A DNA stretch of 64,000 nucleotides from the human T2T-CHM13v2.0 reference genome, Homo sapiens, in the NCBI RefSeq assembly GCF_009914755.1, contig NC_060932.1; one strand, given 5' to 3'. Both the position numbers and the translations under genes were made by a program. This document shows, piece by piece, positions 17,824 through 32,064 of the stretch (within the stretch, counting starts at the first letter, position 1; each line of letters begins with the position of its first letter). The notes below the pieces were generated by a model. The model ran no database searches and was not told the origin of the DNA. It saw only the letters and a list, made by a program, of their open reading frames with translations.

Positions 17824-17892
17824 TATATTTATATATATAGTGTTATATGTATATACACATGCACACATACACACACATATATATGTGTACAT
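17824..17892. repeat. (TA)n/(CA)n compound low-complexity repeat
   Basis: tatatatatata...tatacacatgcacacatacacacacatatatatgtgtacat. Confidence 0.7.
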
Positions 17893-19102
17893 GTGATTTG
17901 TGTTGTTTATTTTCATAGTTATAAAATGCAGTTCCTAGAAAACTGATAGGCAGGGAAGAAAAACAGTATGACACAAACATAAAGTATAGATGTTGTTACC
18001 AAAAGTTAAGACTCAACATTATTTAGTGTTCTTTTTAGCTTCCACCCTGTCCTCCTCTTGCCTCCAGACATAAATACAGAAAGAAGAGAGACTATGAGAC
18101 GGTTGTGTGTAGGCATTTTACATATGGTAATTAGAAGAAGAAGAGAAAGTTTGGAAAGCTTTGTGATGTTGAAAAAAATCTGTTAACTCTATTAAGAGAC
18201 CTTGGAAATATTCCTCAAGACATCTCTGTGGCCTGTAGCATATTTTTGTATGTCACTTTAACAGTCACAGATACTCCCTTTAAAGCAGAGAAGTTCATTC
18301 CTTGGCACACACATACACTGCAATTAGACTTTTTGCAAAATGCCAAAAATCTCTGGCAGTTTAAGTGAAATCCAAAGAAATGTCAGCACTGCTTATGAAT
18401 GTATTTATTGGGGAAAAAAAGTGGTCATTTTCAAATTGTTAATATGTATGAAAATATACTAAGAAAGAAAAAGTTTTAACCAAATAAAATAAAAATTGCT
18501 TGATTTATGGTTTATATGGAATTTAAATGGAACTTTCCATTTTTATCACTAGTAGATATCTGTTAAAATTTTAAATTAGGTGATCTCATGTTAATATATT
18601 TTTAATATATCCAGTGAACACCTTATTTATAAATAAAACCACTTTGGGCTTTTATATGCTTTTTGCACAAGAATTTCATTATTAACAGTGTCATAAAATA
18701 TGAGTGTGGACATCATGTAAGACACATTAAAATAGATAAGATGGGAGCAACTGACTGAACGAAGTTAGGGTTTTGTTTCAACTTGGCTGCCTGGCGTTTT
18801 TCTTTAGTTTCATGGAAAATTTTGAAAGCATCAACCAAGTTTGTTGCCCTTTTAAGGGTTTCAAACAGCACATTGTTTGGTTTGTAGAGGAGTGCTCTAT
18901 CCTCAAAGAATGAAGGTTAATGAAAGTCTTCAAATAGGCCTATATTATATGATTTAAATAGTAGGTCCCATGTAAACTTAGATTTTAGATGTATGATTTA
19001 ACCGTGGGCATGGAGAATGGGACAAGAGCTTCCAAGGTTTAGGTGGGGGTAGTGGGTTGAACACCTAGACAGTCAGTGTAATGTATAAGAAAGACTGGTG
19101 GG

Positions 19103-19393
19103 GGCTGGGCGCAGTGGCTCACGCCAGCACTTTGGGAGGCCGAGGCGGGCGGATCACGAGGTCAGGAGTTCGAGGCCAGCCTGATCAACATGGTGAAACC
19201 CCGTCTCTACTAAAAATACAAAAATTAGCCAGGTGCAGTGGCACGCACCTGTAATTCAGCTACTAGAGAGGCTGAGGCAGGAGAATCGCTTGAACCCAGG
19301 AGGTGGAGGTTGCAGTGAGCTGAGATTGCCATTGCACTCCAGCCTGGGCGACAGAGGAAGACTATGTCTCAAAAAAAAAGAAAAAAAAAAAAA
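19103..19393 (+). mobile_element. AluSg-like with 16-bp TSD
   Basis: TSD AAGAAAGACTGGTGGG at 19087-19102 and 19394-19409; ggatcacgaggtcaggagttcgag; short deletion of the tgtaatcc motif near 19125. Confidence 0.96.
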
Positions 19394-19789
19394 AAGAAAG
19401 ACTGGTGGGAAGAAAAGAGTGCATGGGAAAGCAGAGGCTTTCACAAACATGAAGGTTAAGTTATCCCAAACTATATTATCCATTGGGTCATTAATAGTCC
19501 TGAGAATAAAGTCAAGTCCCATTCTAAGGTCTTTATATGCATTAATTTTTCCACCTCTACCTGTTATTCTCCTAATAATTTTCAGTTACTAACTTTTAGA
19601 AGAATTTAAACTACGTTAATTGCCAAAGAAATTCAATGTTTTTCTCCAAAAATGGAAATTCTCCCCTTGAGAGTCATGGTAACATTTACCAACAAAATAA
19701 GTGGCCCATATGACATTTCTTTGGCCTTTATTGTCATATAGGCTTTTGTTGCAGTTTATCTTTTAAATAAAAAGAGTGGACTTTGTTGT

Positions 19790-19960
19790 CCAAGTGCCTG
19801 AACTCAAATCCAAGCTTCTGTACTTAACAAATGTGTGACATTTTGTGAATTAATCTTTCTCTGCCTCAGTTTCTTATTTCGGATAAGAAAAATAACAGGA
19901 CTTCTGTATAGGTTAAACAGGAAAATATAAGTAAGTTAAAACAATGAACATTTAAACTGG
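19790..19960 (+). mobile_element. MIR
   Basis: tgcctgaactcaaatcc...tgtgtgac...tctctgcctcagtttcttat. Confidence 0.7.
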
Positions 19961-20068
19961 CTATGACTATTACTGTTGCTATTACATACTTTTATTTCCA
20001 TGAACTGCTGGAGGTTTTCAGGACTTATCTCAGGTTTAGGAAGTAGAATTTCTGGACCAAGGGTTTGA

Positions 20069-20402
<334 letters not shown>

Positions 20403-20925
20403 TGAACTGGTTTTCTAAAAATACTTTACCAACTTACGTTCCCAAAGAAACTACGAAATTTCCTATTTCACCTGAGTTAATACTCCATTATTGCCATTTT
20501 GAATCTTTTCTAAGTAATGCTCAAACGTGATACCACACTAGGGCTTTAATTTTTATTTTTTTGATGATTAAATAAGTTGATTTCTTCTTATGAATTTATT
20601 TATTTGTAAAAGTGCTAATGTTCCTGTCCTGTTTTTCTTTGAGGTGTTATTGTTTTGCTCATCTAATTTTATGAAGCCTCTATTTATTAAGAATATTAAT
20701 CTTTGTCATATTGGTTATAAATGTTTCTTCCTTTTAATTTTAGATTTCTTATGTATAGAAATTTTAAAAGCATATGTAGTTAAATTTGTTGGTCTGTTTT
20801 CTTTGTGATTTCTTTCACCAAAAAGCTGCCTTTCCTAAGATTTATAAAACTAACTGCTGGTTCTAAGTCCTAATTAATGTAGTGAAGAGAATTCTTTGCT
20901 CATCAGTTTCAAGGACTTGGTGTCA

Positions 20926-21258
<333 letters not shown>

Positions 21259-21379
21259 TCACTTACTCTTACTGTAAATAAAATTTATCATCAAATATTA
21301 TTTCTACTAAATATAAATTCTTAATAAACCAATTAGGTCCCCAGTGTCTACGGATATAGCATACTATAGTTTACAAAAC

Positions 21380-21600
21380 ACTTCTAACATGCATTCTGTA
21401 ATTTTGTTTCATGTCTCACAACTACCTTATGAAGTAATAAAAGGAAGAGATGGGGATTATTATTGACTTCTTACATACAAATAACCAAATCTCAGAAAAA
21501 GTAGGGCTTTTCTAAGGTTATACAACTAGTAAATGACAGAGTTTGGACATGAACCCAGATCCTCCAATTCCAAATTCATGCTTCACTCACTGTACTACCT
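21380..21600 (-). mobile_element. MIR
   Basis: ctcacaactaccttatgaagta...ctaaggttatacaactagtaaatgacagagtttggacatgaacccag. Confidence 0.75.
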
Positions 21601-21663
21601 AGTCTTTTTGTGTTTTGGGGAACTATATGTATACCAGATAACTTTTTAAAAACCTAACTTCTG

Positions 21664-22059
<396 letters not shown>

Positions 22060-22379
22060 TTATACTTAAAGTATGTTCTTTACATTTAAGTTTCTCTCGT
22101 GATTAAAATGCCCTCTAATCCTGTTGTACTTTTTCCCTTTGCAGTAACTGTATCATGTCCTATTAAAGACTTCTCCTTCATCTCTTCTCCATGTTACAAA
22201 CCCTCCTTTTTATCATCTTTTGGTGGGGCTTTGCATTTTTACTTCATGATTTGTGCAGATATTTGCACTATCAGTCACAATTCTATCATTTTTTTCTTTT
22301 CCTTTTTGGGGTTTCTATAATTTTTATGAAACTTATATTCAGATTTCATAGATGTTTAGATCCAGGATGCTTCATACAA

Positions 22380-22525
22380 TCATAATTTCCTTTTATTCTC
22401 AAAACAGTGTATGAGGTAGATATTATTATCTTATTCATTTTTTTGGTAATGAACAAACTCAGGTTATCTAACTTACTCAAAGCCTCACGACTAGTAAATA
22501 TTGATGCCATGATTGGAACCTATGC
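22380..22525 (-). mobile_element. MIR
   Basis: attctcaaaacagtgtatgaggtagatattattatc...taacttactcaaagcctcacgactagtaaat. Confidence 0.7.
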
Positions 22526-23274
22526 ATTTTCCTGCTGTATCCTCCTGCTTCCCTGGCAGGGATGACTGAAATTCTTTTCACCTGTTATGATCCTGGAAGC
22601 AGTTTTTCTTATGTGTCTGAGCAGCTGTAAATGCACTTCTTGGTTCCTATCCCATAAACCTAATTCCATCTCAGGGTCATTCTGCACAGCTTGACTTAAA
22701 CATAAAAATTAACTTTTAAGAGGTTTACTTTAGCTTGATAGCCATCTATTCACTGATCTAGAAAGCAGGTATCTTGAGTGCAATTTCCTTTTTATAAATG
22801 AATACATTGCTCTACTCTTCTGTGAGCTCATTCTTATAGAGTATCACATTTGCATTATTGTTCCAGGCTAGATGAGGGCATACTGACCTACAGCTCTCAA
22901 ACCCTCCTGGTCTTCAAATTTCAACGAACAAAGGAGTCTGGGCATTCACGGGGTAGGAACATTGAAGTTTTCTTTTCTTTCTTTTTAGGAGAAAAGTAAA
23001 AGAAAAGAGAAATGGAAAGTACGTGACAAAAATAGACACAAATAACGTTTTGAGTGGAAAAAATATTTGTAGAAAAATATGAAAGGAGCTGAATTTCCAT
23101 GACATAGACAAAAGATGACAGAAGGGGAAGACTTTACTTACAGGAGTGATATTAAAAAGGAATTCTGTTGAGGAGAGAATAAGCTGAAAAGTGGTTTTGT
23201 TGTAGCAGGGTTTTCAACATAAAGTATATATGTAAATGCTCAAATGCTGTGTAATCACTGGAATATTCTTATTA

Positions 23275-23670
23275 ATATTACTAGATAACTCCTATTAAGC
23301 ATTACAGTGTGCTAGACAGTTAACCCATTTAATCCTCAAAACAACCCTGCCAGTAAGGGATACCTATTAGCTCTGTTTTACAAATGAGGTTTAGAATGGT
23401 TAATAACTTGCTCAAGGTCACAGAACTGGTAAGCAGTGAAACTGATTCACAGCCCTAATAGCACTTATCATGATTTGTCAATATTTACTTGTTTACTGTT
23501 CGCCTTCTCCACCAGAATATAAGCCCCACGAGGAGAAGACAACGTCTGTCTTTTCACTGATACATCTTCAGTGTCTGGATTAGGCCCTGACACTTAAGAG
23601 TTTGTTCAGTAGTTATTTATCAAATGAATAAATAAATGAGCGAGTTAATAAAATCCAGTCTAACCCCAGA
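23275..23670 (-). mobile_element. MIR interrupted by a plus-strand L2 3' end (~23456-23645)
   Basis: MIR catttaatcctcaaaacaaccctg...taacttgctcaaggtcacag; L2 tagcacttatca...agaatataagccccacgagg...aaatgaataaataaatga; the MIR-like end cagtctaaccccaga follows the L2. Confidence 0.72.
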
Positions 23671-24244
23671 ACTATATGATTATCCTTTTGCAAACATGGA
23701 TTTTTAGTAAAAAATTTTTCATTGGTTTGTCATATCTTCTGTCAAACACCTGTGTATGTTTTCCTTAAGCTTTTATACATCCAAGGGAGAGGGCTAGCTA
23801 ATCAATAGAGGATTTCTTCCCTCCCCCAGAATAAGGAGCCATCTGCAGATGGTGGAAAGAAAATTTAGTATTTAACCAACTTGAGTCAGCTGTGGTTTCT
23901 CAGAATTGTAATTTACAGCAATTGCCCTCTATACTTTCCATGGAATTCAGATGAATGAACAAATAACAAAATGTCATAGCAATCACTATGACAGACAGTC
24001 CTTGCCTACATTGTTTATTAGTATTCAGATTTATGTCACATTCCTCATTAAATTGTGAATATAACATTATACAGGATATATTACTTTCCAAAAACATTTT
24101 AAGTATCAGAAATGAAAGGTAAAGTATATGTAGATGTTATTCTTTAAGGTTTGCGACTTGTTAGTTAAAAAAAAAATGTAAGAAATGTGATGTGCCTTGT
24201 AGAAGCTATACCTCCACTGCCCCCACAACTTCCAACTTCTATCC

Positions 24245-24400
24245 CAGTGGTGTTCAACTTTGGCTGTGCATTAGAACCATGTAGGGAAATTTTTGCAAAT
24301 ACTGATGCCCACGGCCTACCTCAAACCAGTCATATCAGCATCCCTGAGGCTGGGTCCTGGCATCTATATTTTAAAAATGTAAGTTTCTTTAATGAATTTT
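24245..24400 (+). mobile_element. MER5A-like hAT-Charlie DNA transposon fossil
   Basis: cagtggtgttcaactttggctgtgcattagaaccat...aaatactgatgccc...ctggcatctatattttaaaa. Confidence 0.75.
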
Positions 24401-24559
24401 ACTGTGACATAGATTTGAATCCCTTCATTATGCCTTTCCCTCTCAGTATACTTCCTTTTTTCCTATATTCTTTTAAATGTTTGGTGCCCCTCCAAAAAAC
24501 ATAGAAGCCAATACATGGTCTCATTAGTGAAAAGAAGAGGACTTTGAACACTTTCCTTT

Positions 24560-25030
24560 ATTGTAGGCAATTTATTTAAGTGAAATAAAAAATTTAAAGA
24601 TTATCATGTAATAATTCAGATATACAAAAATACGTAAAGAGTAATGCAATGGGTAGCCATGGACTTACTACTGGATTTAAAATATGGAATATTACTAAAG
24701 ACGGTCCAAACTCTTTGTGTAGATCTCCCAAACTCTCTTGCTTCTGCAAGTAACCTTGCATTTCTCTCTTTTTATTCTATATGTATGTATTTCTAAGTAT
24801 AGAATATAATATATAGTGTTTTGCACTTAAAATCTTGAAACTTTATAAAAATTTTATCTGATATATAATATATTCTTTTACAACTTTCTGTTATGTTTGA
24901 GAGATTTGAATATTTAATATAAGAAGCTTTAGTTCATTCATTTTCACTGCTGCATTATATTCCATTGAAGTAACTATAGCAGTATTTATTCTTTCTTTGT
25001 TGAGGGACATTTATATTGTTTCCATTTATT
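24560..25030 (-). mobile_element. Ancient L1M (L1ME/L1MC) 3' fragment
   Basis: tagttcattcattttcactgctgcattatattccattg...ttgagggacatttatattgtttcca. Confidence 0.6.
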
Positions 25031-26589
25031 TTAATATAGACCAGATTCATATTAGCTTTTAAATAACAGACTTACACTGTTGATTCATTTTTACATGTGC
25101 TACTGCTAATCTATGATTCTCCTATCCTGTTGCAGTTAATTTTCTGAAAAATGTTAATTCAAGGCCTTATATTTTGTGCCAATCACATTTGATGTTGCTT
25201 AAATTCCTGTTTTTATTCAAAAATATATCTTATTAGTCTCATCTAATTTTTCCTTGTTAAAATGTTTTTGGATTGTAGTTTGGTCACCTGGTATTTTAAC
25301 TACCAGAAGAAGGTGTAATAAATCCTTGCGTATATTCGTTTAACAATGAATATGTAAAATCTGATAAGAATTATGCTGAGCAGGACAAGACTGGTTACAC
25401 AATGAAGTAGAGTTCATATTTTTCCATGCTATAGTTTAATTTACCGTAGATCAAAGCAAAACCAGTGTTGCTTAGAACTAGTTTTGAGTAGCTAAGACTC
25501 ATATGCGACTTTAAACCACCACAGATTTGAAAAAGATTCTTAGACTAACATTGCACTCTGGATTGTCTCTCAAGTGCTACCAGTGAAGCTCTGTGCTGGA
25601 TTAGCTGATCAGATGAATGAGTGAGAATCTAGGGATATGTATTAAAGACAAATCATGCTAGTACTTTTTATCCTAGAGTTAATCCTAATATGATCACATC
25701 AACTTTGTTTCTTTAACTGCCCCTGTGGCTGGCATTTAAGGGTATTACATCTGTCAACCACAAGGAGGAGCTGTGGCCTAATAAGGAAGAAGCTTAGTTC
25801 TGATAGAGTGTCAGCTCAAAGATCTTGAAGACGCCATAGCTCAGGAAATGATCTTTCTTGAAAATGACACTTATATAGGAAATTTTAAATGTATAAGCTA
25901 GTCTTTATTTGACTGGGAAAAGAAATAAGACAATTAAATATAATTCAAATAAAGCTCCTTCCACTAAGAATAACATGGGTTTCCTTTTCGTTTTAAATTG
26001 GTTATTTGGAACAGATCAATTGGCTAATTCTTTAATTCTTCACCTAGGACCACAGGCTTCAGAGTGTAAAGAAATCTGAGCATCATTGGCTTACCTTCAG
26101 GCATTCAGATCTTAAGATTTTAGGAAATATAGTCTGGGGTCAATAATCATTTATTGAATGAACGAATGAATAACAATAAAAACCTGTAGGCCAGTTAGGT
26201 TAAGTTGACCAAGGCAAAAAAATAGTCAATCCTTTTTTTGGAGTAAGGATCTAGGAAGAGAAAAGATCACACTAAAGCCTAGGTTTTTAATTCCTTGAAC
26301 TACGCTTCTTACAGTCTCTCCTGCATTCCCTGCTTAAGTATAGTCTAAATGTAAGTTAAGCAACTACTTTTAGTCATAGTTCAAATATGTAGTAGACTAC
26401 CTAAGGGCATACTGACTCTCCAACCACTATACATTTATAAACAGAGGCTGGTATGATCCATTGTTTTGAGAGATTCTAGAGAAGATTCCTGCATTAGATG
26501 TAATTTTAGAATAGATGATCTCAAACATTCTTTCACTGCTAATATTTTCATTTATTTTGTTTCATTATTTACTTCTATTCATTCATCTA

Positions 26590-27415
26590 AAGAAAAACAT
26601 TTTATTTTGGAAAATTTTAAATATACAGGAAAGTTTAATGAATTTTACAGTGAGTACCCATATATCTGTCCATAGATTCTACTATACACATTTTGCTATA
26701 TTTGTCCTTTTACATATCTTTCCATCCCTCTACCCATCTTATTTTTTGGTGCATTTCAAAATTTTTTGGTGCATTTGATGTCTGAATTGTAGACATTAGT
26801 ATGCTTTCCTCAACCACTTCAGCATCTATAATATGTAAGTAAAATTCAATATTTGTTTAATTTTTTAGGTACAATTTTCACACAAAAATGCATAAATCAT
26901 AAGTAAACCTTGCTGAGTTTTGACAAATGAATATGCCTGTGTAGCCTAAACTCCTTCCAAAATATGGAGCATTACTATCACCCTAAAGGGTTCCCCCATG
27001 TCCTTGCTCCCTACCCTGAGGTGACCACTGTTCTGTGTGTGTGTATTTACTTCAGGTTAGTTTGTCAGTTCTAGATATAGGAAGTTCACTATGTACATTT
27101 TGTGTCTAGTTTCTTTTACTCAGCATACTATTTTTGGGTCTCATCAGTGTTGCATGTACCAGGAATTTGTTCCTTATATTTCTGACTATTATTTCATTAT
27201 ATAAATACACCACAATAGAATGGATTTAAAAAATGATTTAAAAAATCCATTCTATTGATTGATATTTGGGGGTTTTTTTTGCTTAGTTATTACAAATAAC
27301 ACTACTATAAACATTTTTGAACCAATATCTTTAAGGGACATATGCATTCATATTTCTTGGGCAAATATCGAGGCATAGAATTGCTGGGTAATGTATATTT
27401 AGTTTTATAAATAGT
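26590..27415 (-). mobile_element. Ancient L1M (L1MC/L1ME) 3' fragments, probably two
   Basis: ttttattttggaaaattttaaatatacagg...; tgagttttgacaaatg...; tttcttgggcaaatatcgaggcatagaattgctggg. Confidence 0.7.
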
Positions 27416-27424
27416 CTTTTACTT

Positions 27425-27965
27425 AAAAAATATTTATTGGAAACCTACAAGGTGTCAGGCACTATGCTGGGCACTGGGGATAAGTTGTGAAGACTGATGT
27501 CTCAATATGTGTCACATCTTTTCTTCTACTGGTTCAACATATTATTTTAAAGTTTTTTAAAAATGAAATTGCTCAGTTACATTGTATACATTATTTTGTG
27601 ATTTTCATTTCAAAATAATTCATCTTGTTAGTGACTATGCCCACTACTGCTACTTGACCACAGTGGTCAAGGCCACAGGTTCTAGAGCCTGAATGGTTCA
27701 AAATACCAGTTCTACCACCTCTAGGTCTATGACGAGCGGGTTACATAAACTCTTTGTGTCTCAGTTGCACTCTGTTATAGTACATACCTCTAATACCACT
27801 TATTTAATTGTATTGCAATTCATTACATACATGTCTGTTTCTAATAGACTGTGAGCTTCTTGAATCAGAGTTCATATCTCACCTATGTATGTAATATCAG
27901 TATAGCACCTTAGAGAAGGTGAGGCTTAGAGGAGACAGCAAGTGCTCAATGAATGTTTGATGACT
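27425..27965. mobile_element. Cluster of L2 (-, ~27425-27500), MIR (+, ~27660-27790) and L2 (+, ~27800-27965) fragments
   Basis: aaatatttattggaaacctacaaggtgtcaggcactatgctggg; ctctttgtgtctcagtt; tagactgtgagcttcttga...gtgctcaatgaatgtttgatga. Confidence 0.6.
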
Positions 27966-28819
27966 AGAAGGCTTACCACAGCTTTTTGGGTTTAAGACAT
28001 AGTTTCTAAAAGTGCTCTGTAAGAATAGAAATGAGAAACCTGGCATAGGAAACCCTATAAACATTTGCTGTCACATTATTGTGAATTTGACTATGAGATT
28101 ATGAGTTTACAGAGCAATGAGTTGAAGAGATGGGACAGAGTACATGGAAACATTTTGGGAGCAGGATAAAGAACAGGATGATGCTCTGGAGGCAGGTCAG
28201 TGAACATGAGTGCTGGCAAAAGGCTGAAAGGACAAGATGTATGGTTTAAGGGATTGAAAAGGAAGGAAGAATAGAAGAAACAAATCTGTCAAACTTCACA
28301 GTTTAGCCAAATCTTGGTCGTGCTGGTCTCAACCCTGGTTTGGAGGCAGCAAGAACACCTATTTAATTATTGTTACTCTTGGATTTCACTGGTGCTGGTA
28401 AATTGAGAGAGAAGCAGTGTCCTCAAAGGATAACTGGGAAGGCCATGGAAAATGTGCATTCCTTCTCTCTGTTTCTATACTTCAATATTAAACTATAAGC
28501 AGAGAACATAAAGATGGTGAAAACAATTATCAACTAATATTGATGTTGAATGAAATGTTTTGAGGTTTCTAAACAGTATCATTTATTTCAATCTTCATTA
28601 TCATTTATTATTACTGAAAATCTCTTTCTACTTAAGGCTTGAAATCTTGACTATTGTTGCTGAGACAAAAGTTCAGTCATTTGATGTTACCATTAGTGGC
28701 AAAAGTTTTTGTTCCTTTATTGAGGACTTACCGACTGCTGAAAAAGACCAGCTGATCTAGGGTCAGGCATGATTGTAAATAATATGTTTCAAGAGATGAT
28801 TGTTGAATATATTCTTAAA

Positions 28820-29440
28820 TAATAGTGATGATAACAGATTTACTAAGTCCTTACTATGCACCATATCCAGTGCAGAACGATTTTATAATCGTTGTCTTTT
28901 TTTACTTACAACTCTCCTGTGTTGTATTATTGATTCCATTTTATAGATGGTGAAAGTGAGGCTTAGAGAAGGCAAAGAGAGAGAATGCATGTATGTACTG
29001 AATGCATTTTATGATGTCATTTAGTTAGGTAGGTATCATTACCCACCGTTTTACAGACAATGAAACAGGCTGCAGAAGACTTGGGGAAAGAACACTTACT
29101 GAATCCTTATAATGTGTCAGGCATTCTGTTAAGTGCATTCCTGGCACTGTTATTCGATTTCATAGCCCCATAACAAGCCTGCCAGATAGGTGTCATTATC
29201 CCTACATTGCAAATGAGAAAACTGAGGCTCAGAGACGTTAGGTAATTGGCTCAATTTCATACACTCAATAAACAAAAACAACAAAAACTGGTGGGCAAAG
29301 CAGTCCCATCTTTCTCTGAAGTTCATGTTACCTCAAAGATATGATGTTCTCTCTCTGATACTTAATTTAGTCAAGGTCACAGAGTTAGCAAGTAGACTAA
29401 CATTTCTGACTCCAAGTGTGGAAGTTTTTTCTACTGCACC
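28820..29440 (-). mobile_element. Cluster of 3-4 MIR fragments
   Basis: Recurrent MIR core: ccattttatagatggtgaaagtgaggcttagaga; ttttacagacaatgaaacaggct; caaatgagaaaactgaggctcagaga; caaggtcacagagttag. Confidence 0.75.
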
Positions 29441-30462
29441 GTGTTCATTGCTTTGTGGTTTTAGTTTGTTTTATTGTGTCCTCTACAAAAGTAGAAAAAA
29501 CTAGTTAAGAGTTTGCTCTTTATGAGACATTTTCAAGTCCATGTGATTAAGCAACCTTGTATAGTCCCTGTCTCTAGACTAAATAATTTGATGGCAAATC
29601 TTTTAACCTTCGCTTATCCATCACTTTTTCAGCTCTCTAATATATTTGCTTATCCTTTTAAGTTTTGTACCTCCCATTATGAGGTAAGATAGTATAAATC
29701 TTACTGGTCTATTCTGAGAGATGTTTCCTGATATGGAAGTCTTGCAATATTCTTAAAGAGAATGAAGAATAAAATGTGGGTGAAATAATATTGACCAATT
29801 TCCTTCTTATTACATTCATATGACTTGGAGGTATGCTGGAAGATAGTGAAAGAAATTTTAAGGTCCTAAAACCCATATTGTGTCTTGAAGGACTGGATTT
29901 GGCTACACCAACTGTACCTACAATATAAAGCAGATATGCTTTCAGAAAATTTCACTAAAAAAGAGCACTTTAACCTCCTGAATCTGCACCGTTGTCCCTG
30001 AAGTCTAGTGTTTCTTTCTATATACCATGTGAAAAATACATTCTCCAAGGGATTAGGATTCTCAGAGATTTTAAGACTTGGTGTTTAAATACGTGCTCAG
30101 ATAAACCAATACACTACATTTCTATTTTTCTCAAACATAGCCGCCAACATTACTTTGATGAAAGTGTGTTAATACTTGCTTAAACACGAGGACAATTTTT
30201 TCTGCAGGATTTTAGTGAGCCACTCTAACAAAACTGATATTCTTGCAAAATGTGTTTGTCATCTATTTCTTTTTTCTCTTTTGCTTGTTTTCTGAGATAC
30301 CTTACTCAGCTTCCTGAAGAGAATTTTATGTTTGTCTAATCAACAGAGAAGACAGTCTAACTTTGACAATAAAAAAGAAACCACCACTTGCCAAATAATA
30401 GCATATACTCTGGGGTATGGCACAGTGGCCAGATTTTAAGGATATCTGTACCTGAGAAGAAA

Positions 30463-30481
30463 GCGACCAGCAGGTGGCAAT
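30463..30481 (+). promoter_or_regulatory. CTCF consensus motif match
   Basis: GCGACCAGCAGGTGGCAAT fits the core CCASYAGRKGGCR, lies in unique sequence and has a retained CpG. Confidence 0.5.
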
Positions 30482-31049
30482 ACCCTTACATGGAATCCCT
30501 GTCCAGACAAATGGACAGTGCCTAAAGTAAACTGATACTCCAGTGAAGTCACATGCCATTTCAGAGAAACCTGATAGCTTTGGCTGGGTAGGAGCCCATT
30601 TAACGTTCTCTTTCAGCTATTATCTCATCTCTCCATTTCCATCTGACAATTCTCCAACTCAGCGTGTTGTATACACTCTCCTAAAGGTCATGCATGGCTA
30701 CTAGGGTGGGTACTTTGAATGTGGTCCCTGAGTTTGGTATTAGGAGCAGACAATTTTAATAAGTAACTTGTGTTGACTGCTGTCAGCAGTGACCTTGATG
30801 GGGCTAATTGCTGTACCTCCATGATCTTCTGGCCTTGGCCTAGTGGTAGGCTTTTAGGATAACTCTGGACTCTTGCTTACAAAATCCACTTGCAAAGGTA
30901 CTGTAACCTCCCAAAACTGGTTGAGATATGGAAACTCAGGTAATTTGAGGCCTATATCTGATATTTTATTTAATTTTTGCATTTTTTTAAGATTTATTCT
31001 CTCTGTAGGACAACTTCGCTGACCTTATATTTTTTTCTCATTGATATGT

Positions 31050-31400
31050 ATGTATCAAGACACTTTTGATGGCAATGGAAAACCCATCTCAAACTGGTTT
31101 AAATAGTGATTGTGTTATTTTCTTTAATACTAAATCCTCAGATAAAGTAATCTTCAGTGTTGGTTAGTTCGGTGGCTAAACATTGATACTGAACATTGAG
31201 ATTTTTCTATATCTCCACTATGTCATTCATAGCAATGATTCCATCCTCAGACTTCTTTTTATGATTGTAATATGGCTTCCAGAAGTTCAGCATCACCCAA
31301 GAGAAAAGACTCACTCCATACCCTAAAATCCCTGAGAGGCCTGTGCATCCTCGAGGCAACTGCTGGCCAGGAGAGGGGAATTAGTGTGCTTGACTAAGAT
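31050..31400 (-). mobile_element. Ancient MLT1-type LTR fragment (tentative)
   Basis: tgtatcaagacacttttgatggcaatggaaaacccatctcaaactggtttaaa resembles old MLT1 LTR termini. Confidence 0.4.
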
Positions 31401-32064
31401 TAATCATTTGAACAAGAATGGAAGTTAAGGAGAAATTCACAATGTTTACTACAATATCTGTGGAACTTGTTTGTACCTCAAATCTGTGTTTAGGTTGATT
31501 TTTACTCTTTTTACTCCCTAAAAAAATTGAGAAACAAAGTGTTTATAAAAAATGGTTATATCAAACTGAAAGATTAAAAGTGAGATGTCTCTTATGAAAG
31601 TAAAAATTTTGAGTCTAAATTCACAGGGTTTTGGGTAGACCAGTTACTAAAATAGGTATATCATTATGTTTCCATTTTACAAAAATTACTTGGAGCATTA
31701 TTTAAACTGTGAAAAACAGGCTTTTGTTTTAATCATGTCAAGACACAAGATAATGACCTCAGATTTTTTTTAAAGAAAATATTCTTATCTATAAATAGTA
31801 TTCTGTAAGTTTGATACAATCATAACACTATTTTAATTTTCTGGACCTCAGTTTCCATCTCTGTAAAGGAAGAACTGGTAGATTTCTTAGCTTTTATTGA
31901 GGATATACTTAAAAATAAAAATTTCTGCTTATTTGAGTACTTATGTCAATAAAGAAATAATTAATCAGATTTCTGTGATTTTTCTGTTTAATGTACAAAT
32001 CACAGTTTGGTTTTATACTGTGTCATATTCAACTTTATTTCATAATCTACTTGAGATTTAAAAA

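Noticed and set aside
25800-25900. Protein-looking frame ECQLKDLEDAIAQEMIFLEND
   Set aside because: Short, bounded by stops, with no splice donor and no recognisable homology.
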